Positions 1-12,800 of a stretch of DNA of 64,000 nucleotides are shown here, piece by piece. Position 1 is the first letter of the stretch, and every line of letters begins with the position of its first letter. The notes below the pieces were generated by a model that was not told where the DNA came from, ran no database searches, and saw only the letters and a program-made list of their open reading frames with translations. The stretch comes from Lingula anatina (Eukaryota > Animalia > Brachiopoda): assembly GCA_051362555.1 (NCBI GenBank), contig CM120644.1, positions 10,176,954 to 10,240,953 on the forward strand, written 5' to 3'. A program made the position numbers and the translations under genes.

Positions 1-136
1 GTAAACACGATAAGTGGAAGGCAGTTTCACTTTTTATTGGCTTTATATTTACAGAGCTGATGAATATTCATAAAACGCAGGTCAAGTTCGAAAATCAGCA
101 TGATCGGGCCATTATTGTAGAAGTTATGCTGTTTTT
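1..136 (+). mobile_element. Internal fragment of HINE family A element (truncated by window edge, followed by another family A 5' end)
   Basis: 1-136 is nearly identical to 242-372 and 4274-4405. A new family A 5' end starts in the T-run at about 137. Confidence 0.7.
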
Positions 137-2862
137 ATGTACAGACACAGATGTGTCTGTACATATTGCCATCACCTGCGTCTGTCGTCGCCGATGCCGA
201 TGCCGATGCCGATGCCGATGCCGTCGCCGTGCACTTTCCTTGTAAACACGATAAGTGGAAGGCAGTTTTACTTTTTGGCTTTATATTTACAGAGCTGATG
301 AATATTCATAAAACGCAGGTCAAGTTCCAAAATCAGCATGATCGGGCCATTATTGTAGAAGTTATGCTGTTTTTTCACTTTTCAGCATATATGCAACCTT
401 GTAAACACATTTTAAGGAAAACCATTAGGCCTGTTGTCATGAAACTCACAGGAGTAATCAATCTTACTAAAACGCAGGTCAAGTTCGAAAATCAGCATGA
501 TCGGGCCACTATTTTAGTAGTTATGCGGTTTTTTCATTGTTCAGCATATATGCAACACTGTAAACACAATATAAGAAAAACAGAAAGCCCAATTGTCATT
601 AAACTCACAGGAATGGTCAGTCTTACTAAAACGCAGGTTAAGTTCGAAAATCAGCATAATCGGGGCATTATTTTAGAAGTTATGCTGTTTTTTCACATTT
701 CCTCAGATTTCCTCAGATTTAATTCTTAGGCATGTTAATAGCCTTATTATTTAAGTAATAAGATACGTAAAAGTGTTTGTTTGACATTTCCTGCATCTTT
801 ACAACATTGTTAGTTGATTATGTAAAAATGATGGTAAACTTGTTATCATGTATTGTGTAATCAAGTGTCAAAAACAGAAATAAACTCATATCATTGCAGT
901 TTGTCAGATTCAATCATTCACTTTGTTCAGAATCTCAGAATGGAGGAAATTGGACATTTAACACTGTTGTATTGATACTTTTCTCATCTCATCAATTTTC
1001 TTAGTTGGTCATAAAAAAATGGCAGTAAAATGTTTATTTTGTTTTATGTTAAAAAAGTGTTAAAAACGGAAATAAACCCATTTCAGAACAGTGCTGTCTT
1101 GTTTACATTTTGGCATTTTCAAGATGTGACTTTGAAGTTCCATGGGCCTGAAGATCTTTGCTAGTCACATTTTCTGAATATCTGTGATACTAATATTTTA
1201 TGATTAAAAATTAATGGTCATTATGCTGTTAAACATTATGTAATATTGCATCAAAATTTGAAGAAACCCCTATTTTGGGCACTGCTCCCATGATGACCAT
1301 TTAAGGAAAATCATGTCACTTACTGTTCTCAAACTTACAGGAAAGAAACATGGGACTAAAATACAGTTTCAGTAGGCAATGCAGTCTGTTTGGTAACTTT
1401 TTCTACTGAAGCTAAACAGTTTTTTTGTGAAAATTTAATTTTTCACATGTTGGCATTTTCAAGGTGTGACTTTGAAGTTCCATGATCGTGAAGACCTTTG
1501 CTTGTCATGTTTTCTGAATGTCCATGTTACTAATATTTTCTTAATAACATTTGATGGTCATTATGCTGTTAAACATTATGTAATGTTGCATCAAAATTTG
1601 AAAAAAAAAAACTATTTTGGGCACTGCTCTTATGATGACCATTTAAGGGAAATCATGTCACTTACTGTTCTCAAACTTACAGGAAAGAAACATGGGTCTA
1701 ACATACAGCTTCAGTAGGCAATGCAGTCTGTTTGGCAAATTTTTCTGGCAATTTAACAGTTTTTTGTGAAAATTTAATTTTTCACTTCTTGGCATTTTCA
1801 AGGTGCGACTTAGAACCTCCAAGGGCTTGAAGACCCATGCTAGTCACATTTTCTGAAAATCCATGACACATATATATTATTATTAAAAATTGATGTATTA
1901 TGCTGTTAAGCATTATGTAATGTTGCATCAAAATAGAAGAAAACACAATTTTTGGTGCTTCTGCCATGATGACCATGATGGGAAAACTGTGTTACTTATG
2001 ATTGTGAAACTTTCAAAAAAGAAACACAGGACTAAAATGCAGCCCGAGTTGGAAAAGCAGTCTTATTGGCTTCTTTTTCTGGAAGTTATACATTTTAGTG
2101 AAATATTCATTATCTTTTTGGCATATTCATTGTGGGACTCGGAGCTCCCATGGACATGAAGCCGGATGGTAATCAAATTTTCTACATGTTCATGCTATTT
2201 ATAGTCAATAATCAAAAATTGGTGATAATTATTCTATAATTTATTATGTAATGTTACATCAAAATTGACAATAATCTTTTTGCACTGCTACTGCAAACAT
2301 TATGAAAAGAAAACTGTGTTATGTATTATTATATTTAACTTATGAGTATGATTTTTAGGATTGGCATGCAGTTCAAATTAGAAAGCCAGGTCAATTGGGT
2401 TATCATTTATTATTGAATTTTATGCGATTTTGTGTGAAATTTCATTTTTCTCATTCTGGCACTTTCAAAGTATAAACTTGAACTCTGATGGGCCTGAAGC
2501 CTTATGCTGTTGTGCAAAATTAAAATTTGATGTTGACTGTGCAGTTAAACATAATGTATTATTGCATCAGAATTGGTAGTCACCTATTTTGTGCATTATT
2601 GTTTTGTGCTTTTCTTAAGTTGTGACTTATGGGCCTGAAAGACCTTTGAGAAGGTCAGTCTGTAAATTTCCTTTGGGTATCACTTAGCTAATTTCAGTGT
2701 TATAAAGTAATTTGCCTAATTAATCGGCCATTAAATGAGGTTACATAAAGCACACTTGTTGATATTTCCCTGTAAACTCACATAGGTTAAACTCTCTGCT
2801 AGATTAATAATAAGGAAGCAGTGATAATTATGCAGGTGAATTTTGTTTAATATTGCAAATAA

Positions 2863-2869
<7 letters not shown>

Positions 2870-2924
<55 letters not shown>
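2870..2924. repeat. (TA)n microsatellite
   Basis: Directly visible. Confidence 0.95.
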
Positions 2925-2927
<3 letters not shown>

Positions 2928-2973
2928 AACTCAAAGATTAAAAGTTTGAATAGCAGCTTCATTGGAATTATAT

Positions 2974-3156
2974 TTACCTCTGCCAAGGAGGTTATATTTT
3001 CACCCCTGTTTGTCATCAACATAACTCAAAAAGTTATGGACCGCTTTTGCTGAAATTTTCAGGAACTGTCGGAAGTGGGCCAAAGAAAACAATAATCAAT
3101 AATAATCAAAATTGCTACCTTGGCAGAGGTCTGCACTCTCGGAGCGCTATTCTAGT
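2974..3156 (+). mobile_element. Short HINE/Helentron-type element nested in family A copy 1
   Basis: SubTIRs ACCTCTGCCAAGG ... CCTTGGCAGAGGT, 3' hairpin GCACTCTCGGAGCGC, ends TTCTAG in a T-run. Confidence 0.7.
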
Positions 3157-3399
3157 TTTGTTATGTTTTCCTTAATAATTTTTCTCAAACACTTGCATTT
3201 GTGACTTTTAACTATCATCCGCCTGAGGCTCTGACATTTCTGTATTTCCACATAAGCAGTTGTATTGTTTTTTATGTCTTTAAACATTATGTTACTTATG
3301 TAATATTATTTTATGCACTGTCATCATTTTTCAAATATTGAGACTTTCATCATGTGAATTTAAACTCAGTGTCCTGAAACTGTAATCTTATTGAAAAGG

Positions 3400-3556
3400 T
3401 AGATTGAGACCATCTTCTAGGTCTTCCGGAAGACAGTCAGGTTATTAAGTTTATATTGCCTGGTATCTATTTTTTCTTCTGTTGGAAGACCATCAAAATG
3501 GAGGATGGATCAAAATAGATACTTTGGAATACTGTCAGAAAATATCTCTGGGTCTG
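3400..3556 (-). mobile_element. Diverged reverse-oriented copy of the ~170-bp MITE also at 9920 and 29910
   Basis: Contains TCTTCCGGAAGAC and ATGGAGGATGGATCAA, reverse complements of segments of 9920-10087. Confidence 0.6.
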
Positions 3557-3809
3557 CTCATGTTATTGACCATTTTACCTGTTGTGCATGATTAAAATTC
3601 AGTGTTGACTGACAGTGCTATTATAAGCATTATTTATTATTGCATCAAAATTGACAAAATGACCTATTTTGCATCTTTATTTTCTGTTTTTTGTCTGTAC
3701 ATTTGACAGCTTTGCTGCCTTGTTTGTTTTTTCGATACAGCTTAGGCGTTGTACTATATCAAAAAGTTCAACATCCAGTATTCAGTGGTGAAAATAAAAT
3801 GTGAAATAC

Positions 3810-6352
3810 TCCAAAATTAGCAGAGATATGCCCATAGTTACTGTTGAATAGGAAGTCATATACTGGTTATCTATCTGTGACCTTGAAATTGACCTTTGAC
3901 CTACTTTTCATGATGAACTGCCCTTTGCAAGTTTTCTGATCTTTATATCTCCAAAACTGGCATAGATACGCCCATAGTTACTATTGAACTTGAATAGGAG
4001 TCATATACTGGCAATCTAACTGTGACCTTGAAATTGACCTTTGACCTACTTTTTATGGTGAACTGTACTATGCATGTTTTCTGGCCTTTATATCTCCAAA
4101 ATTGGCAAAGAAATATCCATAGTTAGTATTGAACCTGAATAGGAAGTCATAAACTGACCTTGAAATTGACCTTTGATCTACTTTTTATGTACAGACACAG
4201 ATGTGTCTGTACATATTGCCATCACCTGCGTCTGTTGTCGCCGATGCCGATGCCGTCGCCGTGCACTTTCCTTGTAAACACGATAAGTGAAAGGCAGTTT
4301 TACTTTTTGGCTTTATATTTACAGAGCTGATGAATATTCATAAAACGCAGGTCAAGTTCAAAAATCAGCATGATCGGGCCATTTTTGTAGAAGTTATGCT
4401 GTTTTTTCACTTTTCAGCATATATGTAACCTTGTAAACACATTTTAAGGAAAACCGTTAGGCCTGTTGTCATGAAACTCACAGGAGTAATCAATCTTATT
4501 AAAACGCAGGTCAAGTTCGAAAATCAGCACGATCGGGCCACTATTTTAGTAGTTATGCGGTTTTTTCATTGTTCAGCATATATGCAACACTGTAAACACA
4601 ATATAAGAAAAACAGAAAGCCCAATTGTCATTAAAATCACAGGAATGGTTAGTCTTACTAAAACGCAGGTTGAGTTCGAAAATCAGCATAATCGGGGCAT
4701 TATTTTAGAAGTTATGCTGTTTTTTCACATTTCCTCAGATTTCCTCAGATTTAATTCTTAGGCATGTTAATAGCCTTATTATTTAAGTAGTAAGATACGT
4801 AAAAGTGTTTGTTTGACATTTCCTGCATCTTTACAACATTGTTAGTTGATTATGTAAAAATGATGGTAAACTTGTTATCGTGTATTGTGTAATTAAGTGT
4901 CAAAAATGGAAATAAACTCATATCATTGCAGTTTGTCAGATTCAATCATTCACTATGTTCAGAATCTCAGAATGGAAGAGATTGGACATTTAACACTGCT
5001 CTGTTGATATTTTTCCCATCTCATCAATTTTCTTAGTTGATCATATAAAAAAGGCAGAAAACTGTTAATTTTGTTTTATGTTAAAAATTGTTAAAAATGG
5101 AAAAAAAAAAAAACATTTCAGAACAGTGCTGTCTCATATACATTTTGGCATTTTCAAGTTGTGACTTTGAAGTTCCATGGGCCTGAAGACCTTTGCTAGT
5201 CACATTTTCTGAATATCCATAATACTAATATTTTATTATTAAAAATTGATGGTCATTATGCTGTTAAACATTATGTAATATTGCATCAAAATTTGAAAAA
5301 AACCTATTTTGGGCACTGCTCCCATGATGACCATTTAAGAAAAACCATGTCATTTACTGTTCTCAAACTTACAGGAAAGAAACATGGGACTAAAATACAG
5401 CTTCAGTAGGAAATACAGTCTGTTTGGTAATTCTTACTGCCAGTTAAACAGTTATTTTGTGAAAATTTAATTTTTCACATGTTGGCATTTTCAAGGTGTG
5501 ACTTTGAAGTTCCACGGGCTTGAAGACCCATGCTAGTAACATTTTCTGAAAATCCATGATACGTATATTTTATTATTAAAAATTGACGGTCATTATGCCG
5601 TTAACCATTATGTAATATGGCATCAGAATAGAAGAAAACACAATTTTGGGTGCTGATGCCATGATGACCATTATACCATTTCAAAAAAGAAATACAGGAC
5701 TAAAATGCAGTCTGAGTTGGAAAAGCAGTCTAAGTGACTTCTTTTTCTGGAAGTTATACATTTTCAAAGTGTAAACTTGTCACATATTTTAATTACATTG
5801 GTATTACCTGTTGAGGATAATTAAAATTTGATGTTGAATTTGCAGTTTAACATAATGTATTTTTGCATCAGAATTGACAGTAGCCTATTTTGTGCATAGT
5901 TATTTCCTGTTTTTTGTCTGTACATTTGACAGCTTTGCTGCCTTGTTGTATCATGAACTGAACTTTGCATATTGTCTTGCCCCTCTTATCTTCAAAACTA
6001 AGAGAGATATGCCCAGTGTTGCCCCTAGGTTTTTTTCTTTTGTCAGCATATATGCAACACTGATAACACATTTCAAGGAAAACCAAGGGGGCTATTGTCT
6101 AGAAAATCACAGGAGTGATCAATGTTAGGAAAATACAGGTCAATTGGAAAAACCACTTGATTGGACCTTTTTTACAGTTATGTTCTTTGTGCATTTTTGC
6201 ATGTTTTGAGAACTGTTGTTTATTGCATTTTATGGAGCTTGTCAAGCACAAGACTGATAGTGGTGTCCCTTTTTTTTGGTTTTCCATCCGAATGCTCTTA
6301 CTCCAGCTGGTGGTACAATATCCAGAGGTGGTATCGCCTCTCTGATTCTCTA
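3810..6352 (+). mobile_element. Degenerate HINE family B remnant (146-bp satellite units plus 3' end) interrupted by family A copy 2
   Basis: Satellite units at 3810-4186 resume at about 5948. 3' end GCTGGTGGTACAAT plus hairpin and TCTCTAGT at 6306-6352 matches 14118-14166. Confidence 0.7.
4187..5947 (+). mobile_element. HINE family A copy 2
   Basis: Same 5' hairpin and microsatellite, same 3' TGTCTGTACATTTGACAGCTTTGCTGCCTTGTT end. Inserted into a T-run of the satellite. Confidence 0.8.
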
Positions 6353-6414
6353 GTTTTGGCGAGTATTTCATGTTGTTTATAAGTTTGTTAGATGATTTTT
6401 GTTAGACTCAACTG

Positions 6415-6655
6415 GGTTTCCATACCTAGATCGATCTAACGGGATCGGTCCATCTCCAAGGGATTTTTTGCTAAATTGCTCTCAGCTAAAGTGGCTTAGA
6501 TGTCTGGCACGCCTACCAAACTGCTAAACGGTAATTAATTACCACCTAGCTGGTTCAGTAGGCATGACAAACATCTAAGCTGCTTTAGTTGATTGCAATT
6601 TAGTAAGTATCCCCTTGGAGATAGTTCGATCCAAAGTTAGTATGATAGGCTCAAG
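6415..6655. mobile_element. Palindromic MITE-like element
   Basis: Inverted arms TCTCCAAGGGA..TGCTAAATTGC / GCAATTTAGTA..TCCCCTTGGAGA. TAGATCGATCTA motif shared with 23891-24100. Confidence 0.5.
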
Positions 6656-6890
6656 GAATGTGGCATAATATGGGTGTTGGGACTCCATATTTCTTAGAAA
6701 AATTCCTATTTTTCCTATACTTTTGCAACAAAATTTTTTTCATATTTTTTGAAAAAATTTTTCCTATTTTCTGGAGCTCCGTTATAACTTGAAGCCCTGA
6801 CATTGCTGTATGGTTAAAATGCTGAACTTCAGTAATAATGACTCAAGTTTGTGAAATACTTGCAATATTTTGTTTTCTAAAACCATGTAG

Positions 6891-9800
6891 AGTATTGGAT
6901 GGGAATCCCATTAAGCAAATTGACGATGGTTTTCTGTCACCAGCACCAAAACTGAAAAATCTGTAAGTTTATTACTTTACTTTTTACATTTTGACTTCCT
7001 GTAATTGTCTAATGGCTTAATTTGCTTAATTTTGTTACACAGAAATTCTTGAAATTAATATAATATTTTAATAAAAAATAAAATGACATCAGTGTAAAAT
7101 TGTTTAATTTTTATTGCCCTGCCATATATATTTTTTTATGTCATTGTCATTATTAATTTAAAACTGAGATTGCATGATTATGTTCATCTTCAATTTTTGG
7201 TGAAATATGCAATTTCCTGATGAGTAAATGGATAGACTGTTTATATATTGGGATAATTTGGATATCAGTCAAAATTAAGACATTTACACTGTTCAGTGAC
7301 AGTTTAAAAAATTGAAAAACAGTTTTGGCCAGTTCTATAACATTATACATATGTGACTTTAACCACAAAAACAGTCGTGAACCTAAGTGACATTTATTAA
7401 GTGACTGATGTTTTCAGCCATAATGATAAGAATTGTACCTTTTCATTATTATGTTTACAGTTACGTTCAATACCTCAAATTACATATTGTTAACCTGCAA
7501 TTTTTGGACCTGGAAAAATATTCTGTGACGTCTCTGTAAGTACATGCTTTCATTATTATAAATATATGCTTGGTTTTATTAAAATGCACCTTTTTTCTTG
7601 CTAAATGACACATTAAATGTGACACAATACAATTATCATCTTTATTTATAGCTGACTACCTATAGTTGATTCTAGCAAAGGTAGCGTGATTTTCATTTAG
7701 TGCATTGATTTGTTTGATATCTTGTCTTGGTTGATTGGTGAGATTTTCTTTATTGACAATATGCACCATGTTTTGTATGGCAGTCAGTGTTTGTATTAAA
7801 CTGCACAGTCAGTTGTTCTCTTTCACAGATACATTGCAGGCACTGGGAGAATGTGTGATTGTTCTTGGTGGATGATTGTCGGCAAGGTGAGTGGGTATCC
7901 TGATGACGTAAAGGAAACTATGGAGATGAGAGGACCGGAAAGGTATACACACATTCGTGGTGTGAATTTGACAAAATGCGACATAGGAGTTTACCATGTA
8001 AAATGCTTAAGACGCAGACCCATTACCACAAGCACAACTAGTAAGCTAGTGACAACAACTGTAAAACCAACAACTACTACCAAAAAAACAACAACTACCC
8101 AAATACGTACAACAACTAAAAAAGCAACTACCACGACTGAAAAACCAACTACTACCACTACTACTACCAAAAAAACTACAACAACTGCAAAACCAACAAC
8201 TACAACCAGAAAGACAACTAAACCAACTACCACAACAACTACCCAAAAAACAACAACAACTAAAAAACCAACTACCACAACAGAAAAACCAACTACTACA
8301 ACAGCAGTTATAGAAGGAGAAACACCAGAACCAGAGACTGAGGAAGAAGCCAAGTTGTACAAGCAGCTGGTACCACCAGCTCTGGAGAATGGGAGAGTCA
8401 CTTTTGATGGTGACCCTAAATCTTATGCCATACATTCGGTCAAGGGACAGCACAGAATAATGCAGTATGCCTTGAATATCCGCTCCAAAATCAAAAAGAT
8501 TGAAGATCAGCACAAGAAGAATTTTTATCTACGGCTTTTTTCGACAAGAATGGACCAGTTCCTTGTCCACTACATAGAACAGTCTCGGGAAGCCAGCAAG
8601 AAAGAGCTGCATAATAAAGGTAACCACTTGTTCCAAGTCTATTCAGGATAACTTTTTTGATGATTCACAATATTTATTTAAAATTTAGATATTTGCATAA
8701 CGAGAAATAGCAGTTTTAATAGTTTTCTTTGATGGTTCGATATGTTTTGATTACAAAAGGTCATCAATAGTAAGTAACAGGAATCAAAGTAATCTACTAT
8801 GTGTGAACACTTTGATAGAAAAGGAAGACCATGCTCGGCTCATTCAAATAAAAAATCTGAAAAAGAAGCTGAAAAGTAAAAAGAAACTCATTGCTAAACT
8901 TAACAAGGAAAAGAGAGGACGAGAGAAGAAAATTGAAGGTAAAAAGCAACTTTCCTGTAACATGTTATCTACAAATATAATTGGTTATAAGGACAGTGTG
9001 AACACTTCTTTTTTGTATATATAAATCAAATATTAGTTGTTTTTGTAAAGATTAATGAAGTCCATTTGACTTCCATCCCTTTTCAGCTAGTTGGTCTTTT
9101 TTGAAGACACTTATATGAAAAAAAATTGTCTAGTTTGTAAACAATAAAAAAAAAAATTAAAGGTTTTACTTGAGGCAGAAACACTCTTGGACATGTGTTC
9201 AGTTTCATCATATTTTGTATTTGTAGATTGTGAGGAGGACAAACTTTCTGCTGAAAGAAAGAGAAAAGCTACAGAACGTGCTGTAAGTATGAGACGGTGA
9301 ATCTGCTTCAAATCCCAGGTGCCACTGCTGTACGCTGTTTGCAGTTGTAAATTCTGAATCAATTCATTAAAGTGGCTTATGAGTCAGTACCATCCTGATT
9401 TTTAAAATTATATTTTTTCTTACTTGTTCCTTTTATTTATTATTAATATTTTTGTTTTATTAGTGATTATATTATTTTTTATTAATTTTTTTTAAACAAA
9501 AAATAAAATAGATAAATAAAAATAATAATAATAATTATTTATCACTGATGAAAATTTATGTGAGGTGGGACTAATTTTTATCCTTGTCTCAATTACAGAG
9601 ATTCCACATGCCCCCTGCTGTTATTGTTGACAGTGTTACAAGATTGTTGTCACTGCGTGGAGCTATTCCGGAAGTGTATTTTTCTTTTCTACATTGTTTT
9701 TATGGCTAGCTGTAAATATGTAATGAAACTTAAAAGTTTTATTCTTTGTTGCCTTTTCCAGGCCAAGCGAGCTGCAATAAAGGCAGAGAAAAAACTGAGG

Positions 9801-12800
9801 AACATGATGATGCTGTTCATAATTATTGCTGCTTCCGTTCTCTTCCTGGTGGTCGTTGTGCTAGTGGCTTATAGATGTGTAAGTGGACCGCTTGGACTAA
9901 GAGCTGAGGTGGTGTTTTACAGAGGCGGATCCAGAGTTATTTTCTGACAGTATTCCAAATTATCTTTGTTGATCCATCCTCCATTTTTGACCGTCTTCCG
10001 ACAGAAAAGATTAGATACCTGTCAATGTAAACTTGAAAACCTGACCGTCTTCCGGAAGACCCAGAAGACGGCCTAAATCCGCCCCTATTTTAATACACAG
10101 AAGGAATAAATATAATAGTTGATGGATGAGAAAAAGAACAAGTTAGTAAACAACAAGCAACACAGATGAAAGCTGACCAAATTGTTAAGTTGAATTAAAT
10201 TTGGCAATAAAGGATACTGGAGGAGACAGGATTGTGCTGGAAGTGACTAGAATGGTGTAAGGTAGGAAGCTGTCGTTCATTTTTAGCTGGAAGTACACAG
10301 GAGTGGAGCTTTGCATGCAAAGTTTAAGTGGATTTTCTGATGGCATGGTTTGATTATATTTTTTTCTTTTGGCATTTTGAGCAGAGGATACTTTGTAGAA
10401 ATATGGGGTATATGATATGAAATAGTGTTAGGAAACTTGAAGGTGCAAAATTGTGCTTATTTTCAGTCAGCTTGTTTTCTGATAACTTGCTGCATTGGCG
10501 ACATCATTAATGAGACTTGCTACTGGAATTTTTTTTCTGAATTTAAACTTGAATTGTTTCCAGAATCAATGAAGTATTTATTGATATTCAATTTGCTATT
10601 GAGGAGATGAAGACAACTGCATTCTTCCAAATAGTTTTGCCCTAAGACGTTTTTTAGCAAGTGTTATTGATGTACTAGGTACTGTTGTTGATTAATCTTC
10701 AGCAAGCACACCACCTTTTTATTTCCATAACCAAGACAATAGCAAGATAGATAAATAGAATTTATTATATTAATCTTAGTGCATGATTGCTGTTTGTTAA
10801 ACTTATCTGAAGAAAATTGAAACTTTTATAGCATAAAATGACAGGACCTTTATCAGTATTGCAATAATCCTATTCCCCGTACCCTGCCTGTCCTTGGTAG
10901 TGAGCTGTAATGACACAGTTTGAAAAGAGCCGGAATAATAATGCAAGACTCCCTATGTCAGGAAGCCATTGGAAATGAATGCTGTATATGAAAAACCTCT
11001 GCTAGCTTTTACACAGGTTTTGATCTTTGGCTCTTTCCAAAATTGTTACAGAGTTATAGCAAGTGTCAGGAAAGGAAGACTAAAGGTTGGCTTATCCAGG
11101 GAAAATGCCGTTTACCCTGGGATAGTTAGTTAAATATAAATTTTGGCACCAAAGTCCTTCTTTGTGTCCCTTTCGTACCTGAAAAGATTGGCTAGATCTG
11201 GTGTAAATAATCAGAGATAATTTGTGTTACAGAGGTAATTTGTGTTACAAGGCATTTATTCAGTGCTGTTTTTTAAACGGTTTTAGTGACTGATGTGAAC
11301 CTATATTTCAGACATGTGGCAAAGATGCAGAGAGGGAAGCAGATAAATGGAACTGCTTTAGGTGAGTACAGCTTTATTTTTTTATCAGATTTATTGTACC
11401 ACCAGCGTAGGCGCTGGCGGTACCCATGGTTTTAGTCCCGACCCGTATGTTCCGCCGGCTCCGCCGGCTCCTGCGGCTCCGCCGCCAAGTCACCGTTACC
11501 GCTTCTCTTCCTAGACGGTAAGAGCCCCTGTACCCATCTCTTGGATTTAGGTCACCTATAATCTCAACTCGTTCCACGTAAAATTTGGGCTTTGTCGGTA
11601 TTGGGGTCTAGGTGTGGCACTCATTGCAATGCACCCTTGTCTAAAAATGGCAAAATTAAATGCTAATTATCTACCCTACGGAAGGAGTTATGGGAAAAAT
11701 TTCTACAGACAGCTTTCCAAAAGTCATATGTGTAGATTTCAAATATGCCCTTGGATTTGACCTTTGACCTTTATTTCAAGGTCAAACGGGCCAAAATTTT
11801 CAAAAAAATGAAATTTTTTACGAAAAAAATTTTTTTTGCCCTGTTATTCAGACACCACATAGACTTTACCAATGATATTATTGGAAAGTGTTACCCTTCG
11901 GGTCATCTTTCATCTCCGTGAATTTGGGGTCAATCGGTGCATTTTCACGGGAGTAGCGGCCATAAAGTACCTAAACTGAAAACTGTCTCTAATTTGGGAA
12001 CCGTTAATGCTAGAGACCCATTCTTTTTTGCATTTTGTAGAGCATGTAAAGCCCAACACTGATGGTGGTCTCCGTTTTTTTGTATTCCATACGGTTTTCA
12101 AGTTACGCTGTATAAAAAAGTACATATTGGTGGTGAAAGCAAAATGTGCAGTACGGTAATGGATAATAAATTTTGAACTCTGGAAAAATAATACAAAAGG
12201 CTTGGCAAAGCAGACAACTTGTGGTCAAAAATGACATTATTTAATCAAATTTGAACTTCTGGAACTTCAGAGCACCTCTTATTTTAAGAATTTTGACCAA
12301 AGTGATGTTTTCTTTATTTTAATTAATTTTTTTCTGTAGGAAATTTATGGCACATTATGGTAACTCCAAAATTATAACAATTAGTCCCTTATATCTCCAA
12401 AATTGGCAGAGATAGGTCCATAGTTACTATTGAAGTTGAATAGGAAGTCATATAGTGGCAATCTTACTGTGACCTTGAAATTGACCTTTGACCTACTTTT
12501 CACCATGAACTGAACTTTGCAAATTTTGCTTCCCTTTTATCTCCAAAACTGGCAGAGATAGGTCCATAGTTACTATTGAACTTGAATAGGAAGTCATATA
12601 CTGGCAATCCAAATGTGACCTTGAAATTGACCTTTGACCTACTTTTCACCATGAACTGAACTTTGCAAATTTTGCTTCCCTTTTATCTCCAAAACTGGCA
12701 GAGATAAGTCCATAGTTACTATTGAAGTTGAATGGGAAGTCATATACTGGCAATCTAAATGTGACCTTAAAATTGACCTTTGACCTACTTTTCACCATGA

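Larger units (their letters stand above)
137..3724 (+). mobile_element. Non-autonomous Helentron-like (HINE/DINE-1-type) element, family A, copy 1
   Basis: 5' hairpin TGTACAGACAC-agat-GTGTCTGTACA after a T-run, then (GCCGAT)n microsatellite and internal ~159-bp and ~340-bp tandem units. 3' subTIR TGTCTGTACAT plus small stem-loop and CTTGTT at about 3692-3724. Same ends as the copies at 4187 and 17882. The long ORFs here are spurious. Confidence 0.75.

Noticed and set aside
151-729. 192-aa repetitive ORF (also 4471-4761 and 17725-18159)
   Set aside because: It is a translation of non-coding HINE tandem units. Frames are not conserved between copies.
7991-8513. Val-rich and Cys-rich minus-strand ORFs
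   Set aside because: Antisense shadows of the Thr/Lys mucin exon.
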